From contig WELB01000004.1 in NCBI GenBank assembly GCA_009602725.1, positions 1,246,443 through 1,300,876 on the forward strand: a stretch of DNA of 54,434 nucleotides, read 5' to 3'. Of the stretch, positions 1 through 11,740 are shown piece after piece. Position 1 is the first letter of the stretch. Every line of letters starts with the position of its first letter. This DNA comes from Spirogloea muscicola (lineage: Eukaryota). The translations under genes and the position numbers were made by a program. The notes beneath the pieces are model-generated. The model did not search any database. It worked only from the letters and a program-made list of their open reading frames with translations, and was not told the DNA's origin.

Positions 1-2467
1 CGCCGCCATTGCCGGTGCTGCCGTTCGTCAGCAGGCCCTTCGCGGCGGCCGCGGCCGTCCGGGCCCGGCAGGTGGCCGCCGCCGAAGCCGGCGCGGCGCC
101 GGCAGCGAGGCCCCTCGTCCTGTATCGCGGCCGCTGGATCCGGATCCTGCGCGTCGCCGTCAGGTGCGCCGCCTCTACGCCACCACTCCGGCCGTGTGCT
201 CGTTAACGGCAGCGCTCTGTAGGAAGATTTACCCGCCCGCCGTTTGCGCTGGCGCCGTCAAGTCTGGCTGCGCCATGACCTGTCGAGTGCGACGACGGGC
301 TCAGGCCTGCCGTCAAGGAGTCGAGCATCGGCGGTGGCTCTGAATTATTCCCATAAAGCTTGCTGTCTCCAGGCTCTCACCTCGTCCGGCGCTCCTCCCG
401 AGCCGGGCAGGGTTGACGGCCATGTCGCCGAGATGCCGCCCTCTCTGACCAAAGCTGTCTTCTGCTACTGTTGGGTATTGTGAGTTTGTTGCCAGATTCA
501 AGGTCTTGCAGCTGATGGGCGTTGCCGGGCTCGCTCTGCCCATCGCGCAGTACACGAGTGGGGTGCGCTTCAAGCCCCCAAAACACAGCTCTCATATTTT
601 GGCCTACCATCTCATCCACAAAACCCCACTATCAGGGCTTAGGATTCAGACTGTTTAGCTCCAGTTCCTGGCTCTGCTTACGGTTCTGTCTAGTGGGAAG
701 GCAACATCGATGCAACTCTGGCTATGCTGGGAGTGGCTGCCTGTTCAGATGCAGTTGCCAGGATCTTGTAACCTCGCCTTAACATGCTGTATACCTCTTC
801 TCAGCTACGGGGCTGTTGGCTGTGACCCTTGTGTATGTCCTGAGAAGGTTGAAGTATCGTGATAGCATTATGGTTTTTGCAGCCCTGTGGGTCTTCAGCT
901 ATGTTTACGTGTGCCTGCTGTGCCCCGTTTGGCTGCTCGCGTGCATCGTACAGGGCAGCCTGCCGCTGGCTACACTTGCTGCTGTTGGCGCCGTCTCAGG
1001 CGGAGCGCTGGCTGCCTCAGGTGCTCTTTGGTACTACTCTCGCAGGTTAGCTTAGCTCAAACACCTCATAGAAGATGTGGTTATGGACGTGATATCATCC
1101 AGTAACATGCCTCTGCTATAAAGCAGGTGGTGACTATTGATGGCGAGGTTTACAGCACCATAGCACCATTCACCAAGAAGCGCCTAGTCTTGGCGATATG
1201 TGTTTTAGCAGCTGTGCAAACTGCTACTCATTCATATTGAATGTTCAAGGGCCATGTAGCACAAGACATGTTAATGTTGTCAGTAATGTGATTGCTTTAG
1301 CCTCACAAAATAAGAATACTTAGCACAGGGTTGCAGGTAAACACCTTTTCAACCTGCTCTGCAGCAGCTCTCAATCTGCAGCCTTCTCAAGCGTATTGCT
1401 GGATCCACCTTTCACTTAGGTCAGCAGTACTTGCTGAGTATGCATGCGTTTGATGCTTACTCTGCGGACTTGCAGGTACATTGGAGAGCTGGCTGTGTTG
1501 CCATCAGATCGACCACGAGTACGCATAAGCACCCTCAACTTCTGGGGAAATCGAGAGGTGGAATGCCACCTTCAACGTCAATGTTATAGCAAGACACTGC
1601 GTTTGGAACAGCTTAGTCCGCAGCTTCATGTAGTTGTCCTCCTTTGTCATGGCTTTCATGAGCATCTGGTGTATCACGTCATGCTACGTCCTTCTTTTGC
1701 ATTCGAGCTACTTGTCCCCAAGACCATGTAGGTCAATTCGGACGTACCTCATGTAGCCTGCCAGTTGGACCTATGGTCTCACCGTCCTGCATTATTCTGC
1801 GCAATGACAAACAGAGCTTGACTTGATCTGCAAGCCTGGGCCTGGTACCTGCAGGACTTGGTTGTCGATTTAAGGTATGCTTGCCTGCTCACTTATTCAT
1901 GTCATCTGTAAGGCTGAGCGTGGTTGGAGAACACAGATGCCACCAGGGTGTCGACAAGCTGAAACACTCCAGTGCTTCCCTTGACACTGCTACAGCAATG
2001 TAGTCCCCCCTCTGAAGGGGCTCAGTAGTGAGGAGCTCAGGCAGGCTGTGCAGCAACTGCTTCTACCTTTGGATGGTCAGTCAATCTGCAGAATCTGCAC
2101 CTCATCTTGATCTGTATCCATTTTCAGACGTTGCAGCTGCTTACAGATGTGCTCATGTATGTGTCACGTGGCCAGCGCACCTTCTGCACACTGGCTGACT
2201 ATTTACCAGCCTATAAAGTGTTGACGTGATTGTGTTGCATTGGCATTCGCATGCTATGCATGGAAGTTGTTTCAGGAGGATTCATTGAGCAGTCTCCTTC
2301 TGAGGCAGCTACTCTACCGAATGAGGCATCAAGTTGATGCAATGTATGCCACACTTCGTGTGCAGTTATCAATCACAGGCAGTTCATCATAAGCCTTCGA
2401 CATGGAATCCTCGTCGACAGGATCTGCCTTCTTCACTTGCTAACTGGCGCCTTGCTTGCTGATGAGG
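1..2467 (+). CDS. TMEM186-like membrane protein; multi-exon, 5' end outside window, 3' end uncertain
   Basis: GT-AG exons at about 1-163, 496-562, 954-1045, 1476-1557, 1855-1874, 1996-2075 and 2379-2467. Spliced peptide LYRGRWIRILRVAVRFKVLQLMGVAGLALP...LWYYSRRYIGELAV...VRISTLNFWGNRE...QFIISLRHG resembles the TMEM186 family. Confidence 0.65.
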
Positions 2468-3056
2468 TATGCTGGACTACTACAGGTTGCGCATCACTTT
2501 ACCACTAACACCATCATATTCCTCATTATCCTCAGTAGGTTATGCAAATCTTTGAAGCAATTTACCATCACTGGTGACCCGCCCCTACAACAGATAGTCG
2601 CTATAAACATGCTGTCACCCAAGTCTTTGCTCTTCAGCAAGCCATGCAAGCCTGATTTGGCCACGCTTGCTTCGCTTGTCTTCCCAGGAACCAATCCACA
2701 AATCAGCACAAGCATCACATGCAACCATGGGGCTTCCAGGTCCTGGCACTCAGTCCACGTTGGGAACTGTCAGAGGCGACAGACCTGTCAGATAAGGCGG
2801 CCGCTTGAAGCCTGCCTTTCAGGCCTTCCTTCTATCTTCATGGTGTTACTCTGACTCTTATAGTCTTGGCATGAATCAGATATGTCTCCTAAATTTGTGT
2901 CCACATGGACGTGACAAAATTGTACTGCACACTGTACTAGTAAAGCTGTGACTAACTCAGACCAATGAAATCTGCTGTAAAGGCTCCGATGCTTTGCTTC
3001 TGGTTGCAAGACGGAGAGCTTCAAGTCTAGAACATGGCACCTACTCCTATGGTGTC

Positions 3057-5400
3057 TTATTTGGCCATTTGCTCTGATATGCATGCCCTCGCCCTGGCCA
3101 CAGCAGCAAGCGTGAGGCGTGGCAAGGCTTTGTCCTCAAGAAGGCGAGCTTTGCAATTGGAGCAGAATGTATGACGCCAGCTTAGATTGAGCGCCCAGTT
3201 GGCGCTCGGGTTCAGACAGGATGGGCAGTAGAGCCCTGGAACTGGCGAAGGAGTGCACACGTGTGCTACATCAGTTCAAGAGCAGAACCAGCTCAACATG
3301 ACACTCAGCCAACCATATTTTAAGGACCTTTCTTCGTCAACATAGATCCCTTGACTGATACTTCTCAAGAGAACGGGACAAGATGCTTGTTTCATAAACA
3401 TACCTGAGACAGTGATAAGCAGCGAGGGACAGTCTTGCCAAACAGAATAGCCATCTCTGCAATAGAACAAGGTTTCACAGCCACCTCCCCTGACATTAGA
3501 AGCTCTCTTCTAGCCTAGAGAAAAGCACATGAGCGTGGTGGATACTTATACGGGCTAAGGAGCACATTTGCCTGGCAGAATCTCACCCTGCGACTGAATT
3601 CAGGATCTCAGATGCCCATTCACAGTGCTCGTGGTGCTGTTCGTCGAATTCGGCCAGTGCCTCCAGCACAATCTTGGTGAGCAGTGGCGCCTTTCGGGGC
3701 TCTGACAGACAATTATCTGGGCACGAGCAGAAAGCGTAGCAGTGATGCAGGCTCACTTTCACGCCGCTGTTGTCAGCCTTATTGCAGTACTCTGCATCGT
3801 CGTCCCTGACCTCCCACAGTAAAGGATGAGAAGATCTCAGCCAGGGTATGAAGGACAGTGACACAGTTCAGCAACATTTGAGGAACTTGACATTGGCTTG
3901 CACGAGGCGATCATGCATAGTGCACAAAAAGTACCATCAAGATGACAACAGGACCTTATGCTGACAAGCATGGTGGGGTCCGCCAAATCGCTTGGAAGCA
4001 AGTCGTCCACTGAAAAGTCCTGAAGGAGACAAGGAACACTACTAGGATAAGTCTTGGACCTGGAGGGACAATATGGCTGACAGCACTTGGCTTGTGGACG
4101 ACAGAAGAGATAGTCTGGCTCCAAGAACCAGGTATGACTTCAGCTTTCAGGAGCTTCATGGAAACGAAGTACCTGCACAGTGGCCCCCGTGGCTGCAGCA
4201 AAGGTTGCGCCATCAACATCGATGCCAAGAAAATCCACCTCCTTGGAGAGGCAGAAGACTTCCTCGTCGGTCAGCGTTGGCAGCGCCTATCAGAAGCATA
4301 ATTAGCACATAGCCACACTTAAATAGTGGCATGCAGACAGTATCAGATTGTGCAATGACGCAGCTCGTGGGCGATACTGTGTAAGCTTGCAGTTTCTGTA
4401 TCAGGGCCCACATTACTGCCGTTTTCAAGCAGGTGCTAAGGCTCTGCAGCAGCTAGCAGCGACTGGAGAAAGGATGGCAAGTTGATGGCGACAAGCGTTT
4501 GTCAAGTAGAGCGTGGGCCTGCTGGCTCGTCAATTGAGCTGAACCGGAAACACGATGAGCAGCAGAGATAGCATGCAATGGCCCAAGAAGCTGCAATGAG
4601 CAGTCCCAGGCGCTTGTGCTCTGATGCCGTGTGGGCACCCCGAGCTGAGAGCCGATGCAGTCGGCACCAGCCATGGCCATACCTTGAGGCTGCGGTATCG
4701 GAGCAGCCGGAGGACGTGGTCGAACACCCTCTCGTCGCAGTCCAGCGTCACCTCCCTCGTCGCTGCCAGCGCGGCGCCAGCTCCGCCAATGCTGGGCCAG
4801 TCCTTGCCACCGCTGCCATTTTCAGCGGCGTCGTTCCACCGCTTGCTGGAGACACGTCGACCAAGCGGCACTTGCATGCGCGTCATCATCGGCTCGCGAC
4901 GGTCTCGCCAGGCCGACTGTTGGCGCGCAGCCGTCGTAATCGCAGGGAACCCAAAAGTTGTAGCTACACTTTCTTATGCTTTCTCTGCTATATACTATAC
5001 ATTTCCATGTTTGCATTAAGAAAGGTGCCTTCCATTCTCTTTTTGAGCTGCTGTCAAGCGCAAACAGTGCGCTCTACTGATTTCACTACGCCCACTGACT
5101 GACTTTGCCTCATGCAAAGTGAGACAAACAGAAAGTGGAGGAAATGGGACTCGAATCCATGACTCGAAAAACCAGAGTAATGGTTGAGCGAGCCACGCTG
5201 AGGCAGGCAGACGAGGCGGCGGCGGACCTGAGCAGCGCGCGGAAGTAGAACGACGCCTGCAGCAGCTCGGCGCCGACGACGTAGCGCGCGCGCGCCTTGC
5301 CGACGCGCACCACCACCTCGCCGCCAATGCCGCCGCCGCTTCCGCCGATATCGGCCGCCGCCGCCGTCCCCGCCGCCGCCGCCGAGCCGACGCCCGCCGC
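3057..5400 (-). CDS. BTB/POZ-domain protein with a duplicated Cys-rich C-terminal region; start codon not found
   Basis: In-frame exons at >5330-5228, 4845-4683, 4286-4173, 4019-3955, 3835-3587, 3456-3404 and 3265-3057. They give VVVRVGKARARYVVGAELLQASFYFRALLSKRWND...EVTLDCDERVFDHVLRLLRY...LSKEVDFLGI, a KCTD-type BTB signature. Confidence 0.7.
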
Positions 5401-5654
5401 GGGGCTCGGGCGTTTCGCCGGCGCCCGCGGCAAGCGATGGCTGCAATGGCGCCCCGGTGTGATCGGCACCACGGTCCCAGACTCCCGCCTTGGCCACTCC
5501 CGGGGGCTCCTGACGGCCCTTTCGTGGCGCTCGCCCGCCGTCCGAGCAGGCACTGCTAGATGGAAATGTCGTGTATCTGAGACAAACGAAGGCCAAATGG
5601 CCAAGTACAAGGCAAGCACATCTAAAGATGGGCTAGATGGGCCGCCCCCCGCCG

Positions 5655-6032
5655 CTCGGCCGCGTCACGGCCAGCCGCTTCTCTCCACGAAAGCGCCAGG
5701 CCTTCACCTTTCCTGCAGCCGGGTCGCTGGCGCAAGTGTATCGAATGCGCCTGGCCGTCTCGCTGCAGAGGTCTATGGCCCGGGCGTTGCACCTTCGTGC
5801 CGGCAGAGCCCTCGCTGCTGCCTCTGGCTCTGGGGACGTACTTCCAGGAGCCTAGCATCTCCGACCTGCGGCTGCTCAGCAGGGGTCACTGAGTGATTCG
5901 TAGCTGCTTTGTTTCTCTGTGTGCTTGTCTTTCTTAGCGCTTCCCCTGGCCCCCTTCTCGTCCTTTGTTGATGATCCTTTTTTGGGCTGGCTTATCCAGC
6001 CCCTATTCTCAATGGGCGAGCACTTTCTTTCA
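5655..6032 (+). mobile_element. 5'-truncated 3' end of CRE-like non-LTR retrotransposon, subfamily B
   Basis: Encodes YRMRLAVSLQRSMARALHLRAGRALAAASG, homologous to the C-terminus of the 20.8-24.2 kb element. It and its 3' UTR are highly similar to the reverse complement of 19526-19830 and 50398-50550. Confidence 0.9.
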
Positions 6033-6149
6033 GCAGCCTGGCTGCGGCCCCGTCGGTTGCGATGCATACTCCCGAACCCAAGTCAACGTTGCTGCCCCTC
6101 TCTCTACAAAGGGGCCTGAAGATGCTATGTCAGAACAGGGGGAGAATGG

Positions 6150-6480
6150 ATCACTCAGTAGTTACCAGTGAGGAGCCTCAGATCCGACAGATTAGCTGCC
6201 GGAAAACTATCCCCCTGACGAAAGCCGGAGGTTCAGGCCCCTCGGTAGTCTGTGGCTTTTCCAGCCCCTATCCTCACTGGGCGAGCACTGTCTTCTGTAG
6301 CTGCTAAACGCTTGTAGGCCCCCCGAACCTTTGTCAATTCGTTTTGGGCTGGCTTTTCGCAGCCCTTGCCCCCATTGAGAGTGCCACTTCTCTACTAGAA
6401 GAGTGGCTCCTTCGGGCCTTTCTTCTTTTTACTTTTTACTTTGTCCCCGTTTGCTTCAACAGCTTTTTGGCTCAGTTCGG
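6150..6480. mobile_element. Nested degenerate retroelement 3'-end fragments
   Basis: 6150-6232 on the minus strand reads SGFRQGDSFPAANLSDLRLLTGNY* (subfamily C terminus). 6250-6400 on the plus strand has degenerate copies of the tgggctggcttt..cagccc...gggcgagcac UTR motif. Confidence 0.7.
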
Positions 6481-6577
6481 CCTCCTCTTCATCTCATTCG
6501 CACCTCCTCCGCCCTTACCGCGGACGACGCCGCACGCCGCGCGCGGCTCTCGCGCACTCTGCGGCGGCGCCGACGGG

Positions 6578-9500
6578 ATGCTGTGCGGCTTGGCCACGCC
6601 GCCGCTGCAACCGCCGCCACCGTTGCTGCTGCAAGCGCCGCCGAGGAAGCTGGAGCCGCCACGGGCTTCGCCGCTGCGTTCTGAGCCGGATCTGTGCTCG
6701 GCCGCGCACACGCCACCTGGACGCGGCGGGAGAGCCAGGCGGCGGCCGCCTCCTGGCGCACCTAGCCGACGTTTCTTCTGTGTAGGGCCATAAGGACCAG
6801 CCCTGAGTACCATACTCGAGCTTCTGTGCGAGCCTCTGTGCTCAACTCCAGGGTAGCGCTGCATGCACTCCTGAGCTGTGACTGGCAGTTGCTCAATCAG
6901 AAGTGAATGAAACGTTGTGAATTATTGAGCGCAGCTGCAGCTGACGCTTCGCCTCTTTCCTCGTGCAGAGGCTACGGTGTCACAGCCAGACAGCCTGTGT
7001 GCAAGCGGTCTGCAGTACTTCTGGCGCATCCAATGGGGACGAGGCTGGAGGAGATTTGGGAAGCTTCAGCTCCTTGGCGAGGCGTGGAGGCGACCTTTTC
7101 GCCAAGGAGGTGAGGTCCTCCAGTTCTGTAGTACAAACCTGTGAGCTCTGTGGAGCATTTTCTGATGCTGCTGCGTGACTGCTACTGGTGTCTACCACAG
7201 TGTGTTGAGACTGTGAGTACAGGTGCTATCAGCTGTATTGAATTGTTCGAGAGCTCCAGCGTTGTTGGTTGTTGCCAATAAGCTGCGCTGACTACTCGTG
7301 CAAGTAGCTAAGCAGGTTTCGGAGTCTATATTTAGTCTCTTCAGGAAATTGGTGCTGAACATGGAGAAGGCTTCGCGACCTTCAGACCAACAGGGCCTCT
7401 GCATGTTGATGTGGTGTGTGCCCGAATATCTCTCACCATTGTAGAGTGCTGTTCAGACCTTCACCACCTTTTACTGTGATATGTGAAGACGTTCTGTCAA
7501 TGTCACAACTGTTGTGCAATGCTTACTCGCCTTCTGCAGGACTATGCAGCTATTGCGTCTTTGAGGTGGCCCCATCTTGCAAGTGTTCTGCAGGACTTTC
7601 TCAATGACCGAATGAAAGAACGGGGCCTTGAGAGGATACGTTATGCTATGAAGCCCGATGAAGCATTTGGCTTGATCTACTCATGGGATAACGTGCTGGT
7701 GGGCATCTCTTGCAGATAGCCCTTTCTCCTTGCAGCAGATGTGATGTTGTTTGTCTGTGGTGAAATTTATTCCGTGAAATTAGGTGCTCGGTCACCTAGC
7801 CACCTAGAAATCACGTTGCAGGCTGTTAGCTTGTTTGCTGGTTTTCTGCAGGCTGACACACAAGCTCTGCGAATGGAAGCCTGGAAAAGGCTGGCAAATG
7901 AGGAAGGTATGTCACTGCCTGGTCCTGTTTGCTATGAGGATCATAGCGCATGATGAGCATGTTCTCATGCCCTTCCAGCTTACAAGGCTGTCAGTATTGT
8001 GATACTTTCTCATACACAGCAACTCCAGATGGTTTGTGCACTCTCTTTGAATTGGATCAGGCAGGCCTTTCCCTGAGAAGCAAGAAGTTCTCCGCCAACT
8101 CCATAGCATGGGGCCAGAGCGAGCCGTTCAACAGGTAAGCACGAGGATGTAATTGCTGCACCACATAATACTGTATGGGAAGGTGACTGATACTCTCTGT
8201 TACAAGGTTCTGTACCTTGGTTTCTTGTAAGTAATCGATTTTTCAAAGCTTGCCCTTATAACGTCTAATTCTTACGTGTTTTGCCATCTACTCTGCAGCT
8301 ATTAGCGTGGACACAGAATAGATCAGAAGCTCAGCGGTTGACAGCTCGTTTAGCAGAGCTATACTGCGAAGAATTCGCCAAGGTTACTGCAACTCCATCC
8401 ACAGACAATATGATATGTCTTGCCACAGTCAGATTTCAGCATGGTGCTTCTCTTGTGCTGGTGCAGGTGCTGAACAATCTAGGGGCATCCTTATCTAGGG
8501 GCAGCCTAGTACATATGCTTAAGAGCACTATTTGGGGCGGCTCTCTTGCTGCAGGTGCGAGCTCCAATGGAGGGTGTTAAGGAGTGGCTAGAAGCCCTGA
8601 GCACTGCAGGAGTTCCGTGTGCAGTTGCGAGCTCCATGGACCGCATCTCTCTCATGGGTGCCCTAGATAGAATAGGTCTTCGCAAGCATTTCCGGGTAAG
8701 CACAACCTGTCAAGTGACTGGTTACTGGATTCTTTGGCACACTGACATGAGCTTCTTATGCATTGTACAAGCTCAGCATCAACCATCAATGTTGCCTGTG
8801 CTATCCAAGGTAGCCCATATGCTTAGGGCACTTTCTACACCTGCCAGAAGGTAATCATGACATGCCCCATGCTTGGCTTTCAGGCTGTGGTTACAGAGGA
8901 GGATGGCATGGAGTCCATCGCCCACCGTTTTCTTTCTGCTGCCGTGAAGGTTCTCTGCTTGTTTGCCATCTATATACTCCTTAAGTGTCAGAGAACTTGG
9001 ACATCTGTGCTGCAATTGATGAACGGGCTGGGATCTGAAAGTGATGAATCCAGATCGAATGTTCACCCTCTGTTCACGACCTTGAAGCCCTGCAAGCCTT
9101 TTGGTGCCTTACTATGTGTCTGTGCAGTCTACATGGTCCTTCACAAAGTCACTTGTGCTCGTTCTATCTGTTCCAGTTGTGAGCAGTTGAGTTAGTTGAC
9201 TGTGATCCTGTTCTTAAGTGAGAAGCAGTGGTGGATTGCAGTTGGACAGGCCGCCAGCTAAGTGTGTGGTGTTTGAGGATGACCCTCGAGCCATTACTGC
9301 TGCGCACAACTGCTCAATGAAGGCTGTGGCACTCATAGGCCCGCACCGAGCGTAAGTTTAGCTTGCGTGGACTTGTCGGTGGACGGTTGCCTATAGAGTG
9401 TCATTGTGGCAAGGAATCATTATGCACTCATAGGCCCGCACCGAGCGTAAGTTTAGCTTGCGTGGAATTGTTGGTGGACGGTTGCCTATAGAGTGTCATT

Positions 9501-9817
9501 GTGGAAAGGAATCACTATGCCCTGATCACAGGCATGTGATTGTTGTAGACTTGACAAGCTGCTGTTGCACGTTCACAAGGTTAGAGGATTTTGTGAAGGA
9601 GTCTGATTGCGACCAAAGTGGTTGTTGTGTGCCTGTTGCTGCGTGCAGATACGAGCTGACGCAGGCAGACCTGGCGGTGAGCAGCTTCACGGAGCTATCA
9701 GTGATCAACCTTCGGCGGCTATTTGCTAACAGGGGTGCAGAGTTTATGGACCTGCAGAAGCAGCAAGAGCCAAAGAAGCCGCCAAAGCGGCGGGTGCGCA
9801 ATGACGTCCTCTTTTAG
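6578..9817 (+). CDS. Plastid HAD-superfamily hydrolase (At3g10970-like; related to the ribitylamino-uracil phosphatase group)
   Basis: ATG at 6578 followed by a transit-peptide-like N-terminus. Spliced motifs EIGAEHGEGFATFRPTGPLHVDVDFLNDRM...RIRYAMKPDEAFGLIYSWDNVLADT, CAVASS, KCVVFEDDPRAITAAHNCSMKAVALIG and SVINLRRLFANRG. Confidence 0.85.
9329..9520 (+). repeat. Tandem duplication, period 95 bp, spanning an exon end and 5' splice site
   Basis: gcactcataggcccgcaccgagcgtaagtttagc... starts at both 9329 and 9424 with few mismatches. Confidence 0.9.
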
Positions 9818-10234
9818 CAGTTGGCAAGCAAGTGTGACACGGACGGCCTAGGGTGGGCTGTGCCCTCTCATTGGAGGCAGGGCTTACTGGGGCTGAGGAA
9901 TGTTGTCTTAGTATTCTGGTTGGGGGCGATGACAAAGGGCTGGACGACAGTGGGAAGTGTTATGGGGTGGGCCATGTGGACTTTCTCCGTGGAGAAGGAT
10001 GTGAGCTCATTAACAAGGAAAGACGGTAGACAGTTGCTAGGCCTGCTGGGGTGGGACGGGGAATTCAGAGAGCGGCAGTGGCAGCCAGGCTGCTGGGGGC
10101 CATGTGCAGTCTGGAATGGCCGCAAGACTATGTTGGACGGCGGAGCATGCAGTGTGGGGCTTGGAGGCACCATCATAGCGGGAAGAGATGGCAGGACGCC
10201 AGTGGGAAGAAGGCGCGTGGTGTGCATGAGACAA

Positions 10235-10420
10235 AAGTGGAAGCCGCTTGAAGCCAATACGCCATCTTGCGTTGCACGCAGAATGCGGCTGCTGATATAA
10301 AATGGGGGACTCTAAAAGCCAGCCAGGTGCATACAGACAGTGTGCATGACTATATCAGAGGAGCTTCAGTCTAGGCAGACAGGGGCGCTCGGAAATTAGT
10401 ACCCGTGTCAGCAGTTAAAG
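10235..10420 (-). mobile_element. Degenerate retroelement 3' end, subfamily A
   Basis: Aligns by eye with 11083-11240 (gcttgaagccaatacg...gccagccag.tgcatacag...ctaggcagac...cccgtgtcagcagt). Confidence 0.75.
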
Positions 10421-10751
10421 CCACAGGAGGGCAGCCCCTTGTCCCCACTGGCGAGACGGGCCGACGGGCCAAGTGGCCTCCCACGGAGGGGCCCGGCAGA
10501 GGAGACGCGCGCATCAAGCGAGATGGTGGCCAATTTCAGCCAATACTGTTCAGGCAAAAGCTAGTGCAGAATTTGCGGGCTGCATGATTCAAGCACTATG
10601 CAACGGTGGCTGAAGCTTACAGGGGGAGCCGAGCGCCGCCACAAAAGCCGGTGGCCTAATTTAGAGGCTGCACAGCACGCTGATAGATAGCCAGAGCTTG
10701 GGAGCGATGTAAGCTTAGCAAGAAAATGTGGTTTCTCTCTTAATGGGGGCA

Positions 10752-11010
10752 TGGGCTGTGATAAGCCAGCCCGAAAAGGATTGACAAGGGTCGAAGGGGC
10801 CAGACTACGAAGGGGCCAAAAGGGCTATCTCAGAATTGGGGTAGGATGAACCACTCAACTACGAGTGAGGAGTTGCAAATCCGAAAGACTAGCTGCTGGC
10901 AAGCATCCCCCTGACGAAAGCCAGAGGCTGCAGCGAGAGCAGGGCCGGCACGCAGGTGCAAGGCGTGAGCTCCGGACCGCTGAAGGGAAATGGACAGAAC
11001 GCATGCGGTG
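10752..11010 (-). mobile_element. Retroelement 3'-end fragment, subfamily C
   Basis: Minus-strand peptide SISLQRSGAHALHLRAGPALAAASGFRQGD, followed by the gggctgg..cagccc UTR motif. Confidence 0.8.
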
Positions 11011-11082
11011 GACGTGGGCTTAAGCAAGAGCCCCGTGTTATGTGAAGGAGAAGAGACAAGGCGCGCGGTGCGCATGGAGTGA

Positions 11083-11368
11083 AGTGGTGCCTGCTTGAAG
11101 CCAATACGTTGTTCCAGGAAGAAATGCGGCGGGTGATATGAAAGAATCGGCTGTAGACTGCCAGCCAGATGCATACAGGTGTTCATGACGGAGCCAGAGG
11201 CTAGGCAGACGGCGCCCTCAATTCCCCCGTGTCAGCAGTAGGAAGTCGGATGAGCTGAGGGGAGGAAGAGCAACCCCGCTGCGCAGACCAGAGGCTGCTG
11301 CAAGGGCGCGACCAGCCCAACGATGCAAAGCAATCGCCTGGGACCGCCGGGTGGTCCTTATACTTATG
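11083..11368 (-). mobile_element. 5'-truncated retroelement 3' end, subfamily A
   Basis: RSQAIALHRWAGRALAAASGLRSGVALPPLSSSDFLLLTRGN* plus UTR; near-identical to 23940-24163. Confidence 0.92.
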
Positions 11369-11378
11369 CCAAAATAGC

Positions 11379-11496
<118 letters not shown>

Positions 11497-11740
11497 AGAG
11501 GGGACGGAGGCCGCCACGTCCAGCCCGCTCCCCACGTGGCCAGGCCCGCCATGCACACGGCGCGCCCGGCCGCCATGCGCGCCCCGCCGAGCTCGGCCTC
11601 CGCCTCCATGTCCAGCGCTCCAGCTCCGGCTCCAGCTCCAGCTCCAGCCCCAGCTCCGCTCCTCGCCTCCTGCTCCTCCTCGCTCGCCGCCATCGCCGCC
11701 ACCGCCGCCGAGAAGCGGAGCTCGCCCGCCGCCCGCCGCC

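Noticed and set aside
5055..5175. tRNA-like halves on the minus strand in permuted order (atggattcgagtcccat..cca, then gggcgtagtgaaatcagtagagcgc) inside BTB intron 1
   Set aside because: The acceptor-stem halves are not complementary and no anticodon arm can be built; tRNAscan-SE or SPLITS would be needed to revive the idea.
9821..10300. 159-aa ORF after the HAD stop codon
   Set aside because: TTG start and no homology signal; likely 3' UTR running into a decayed repeat.
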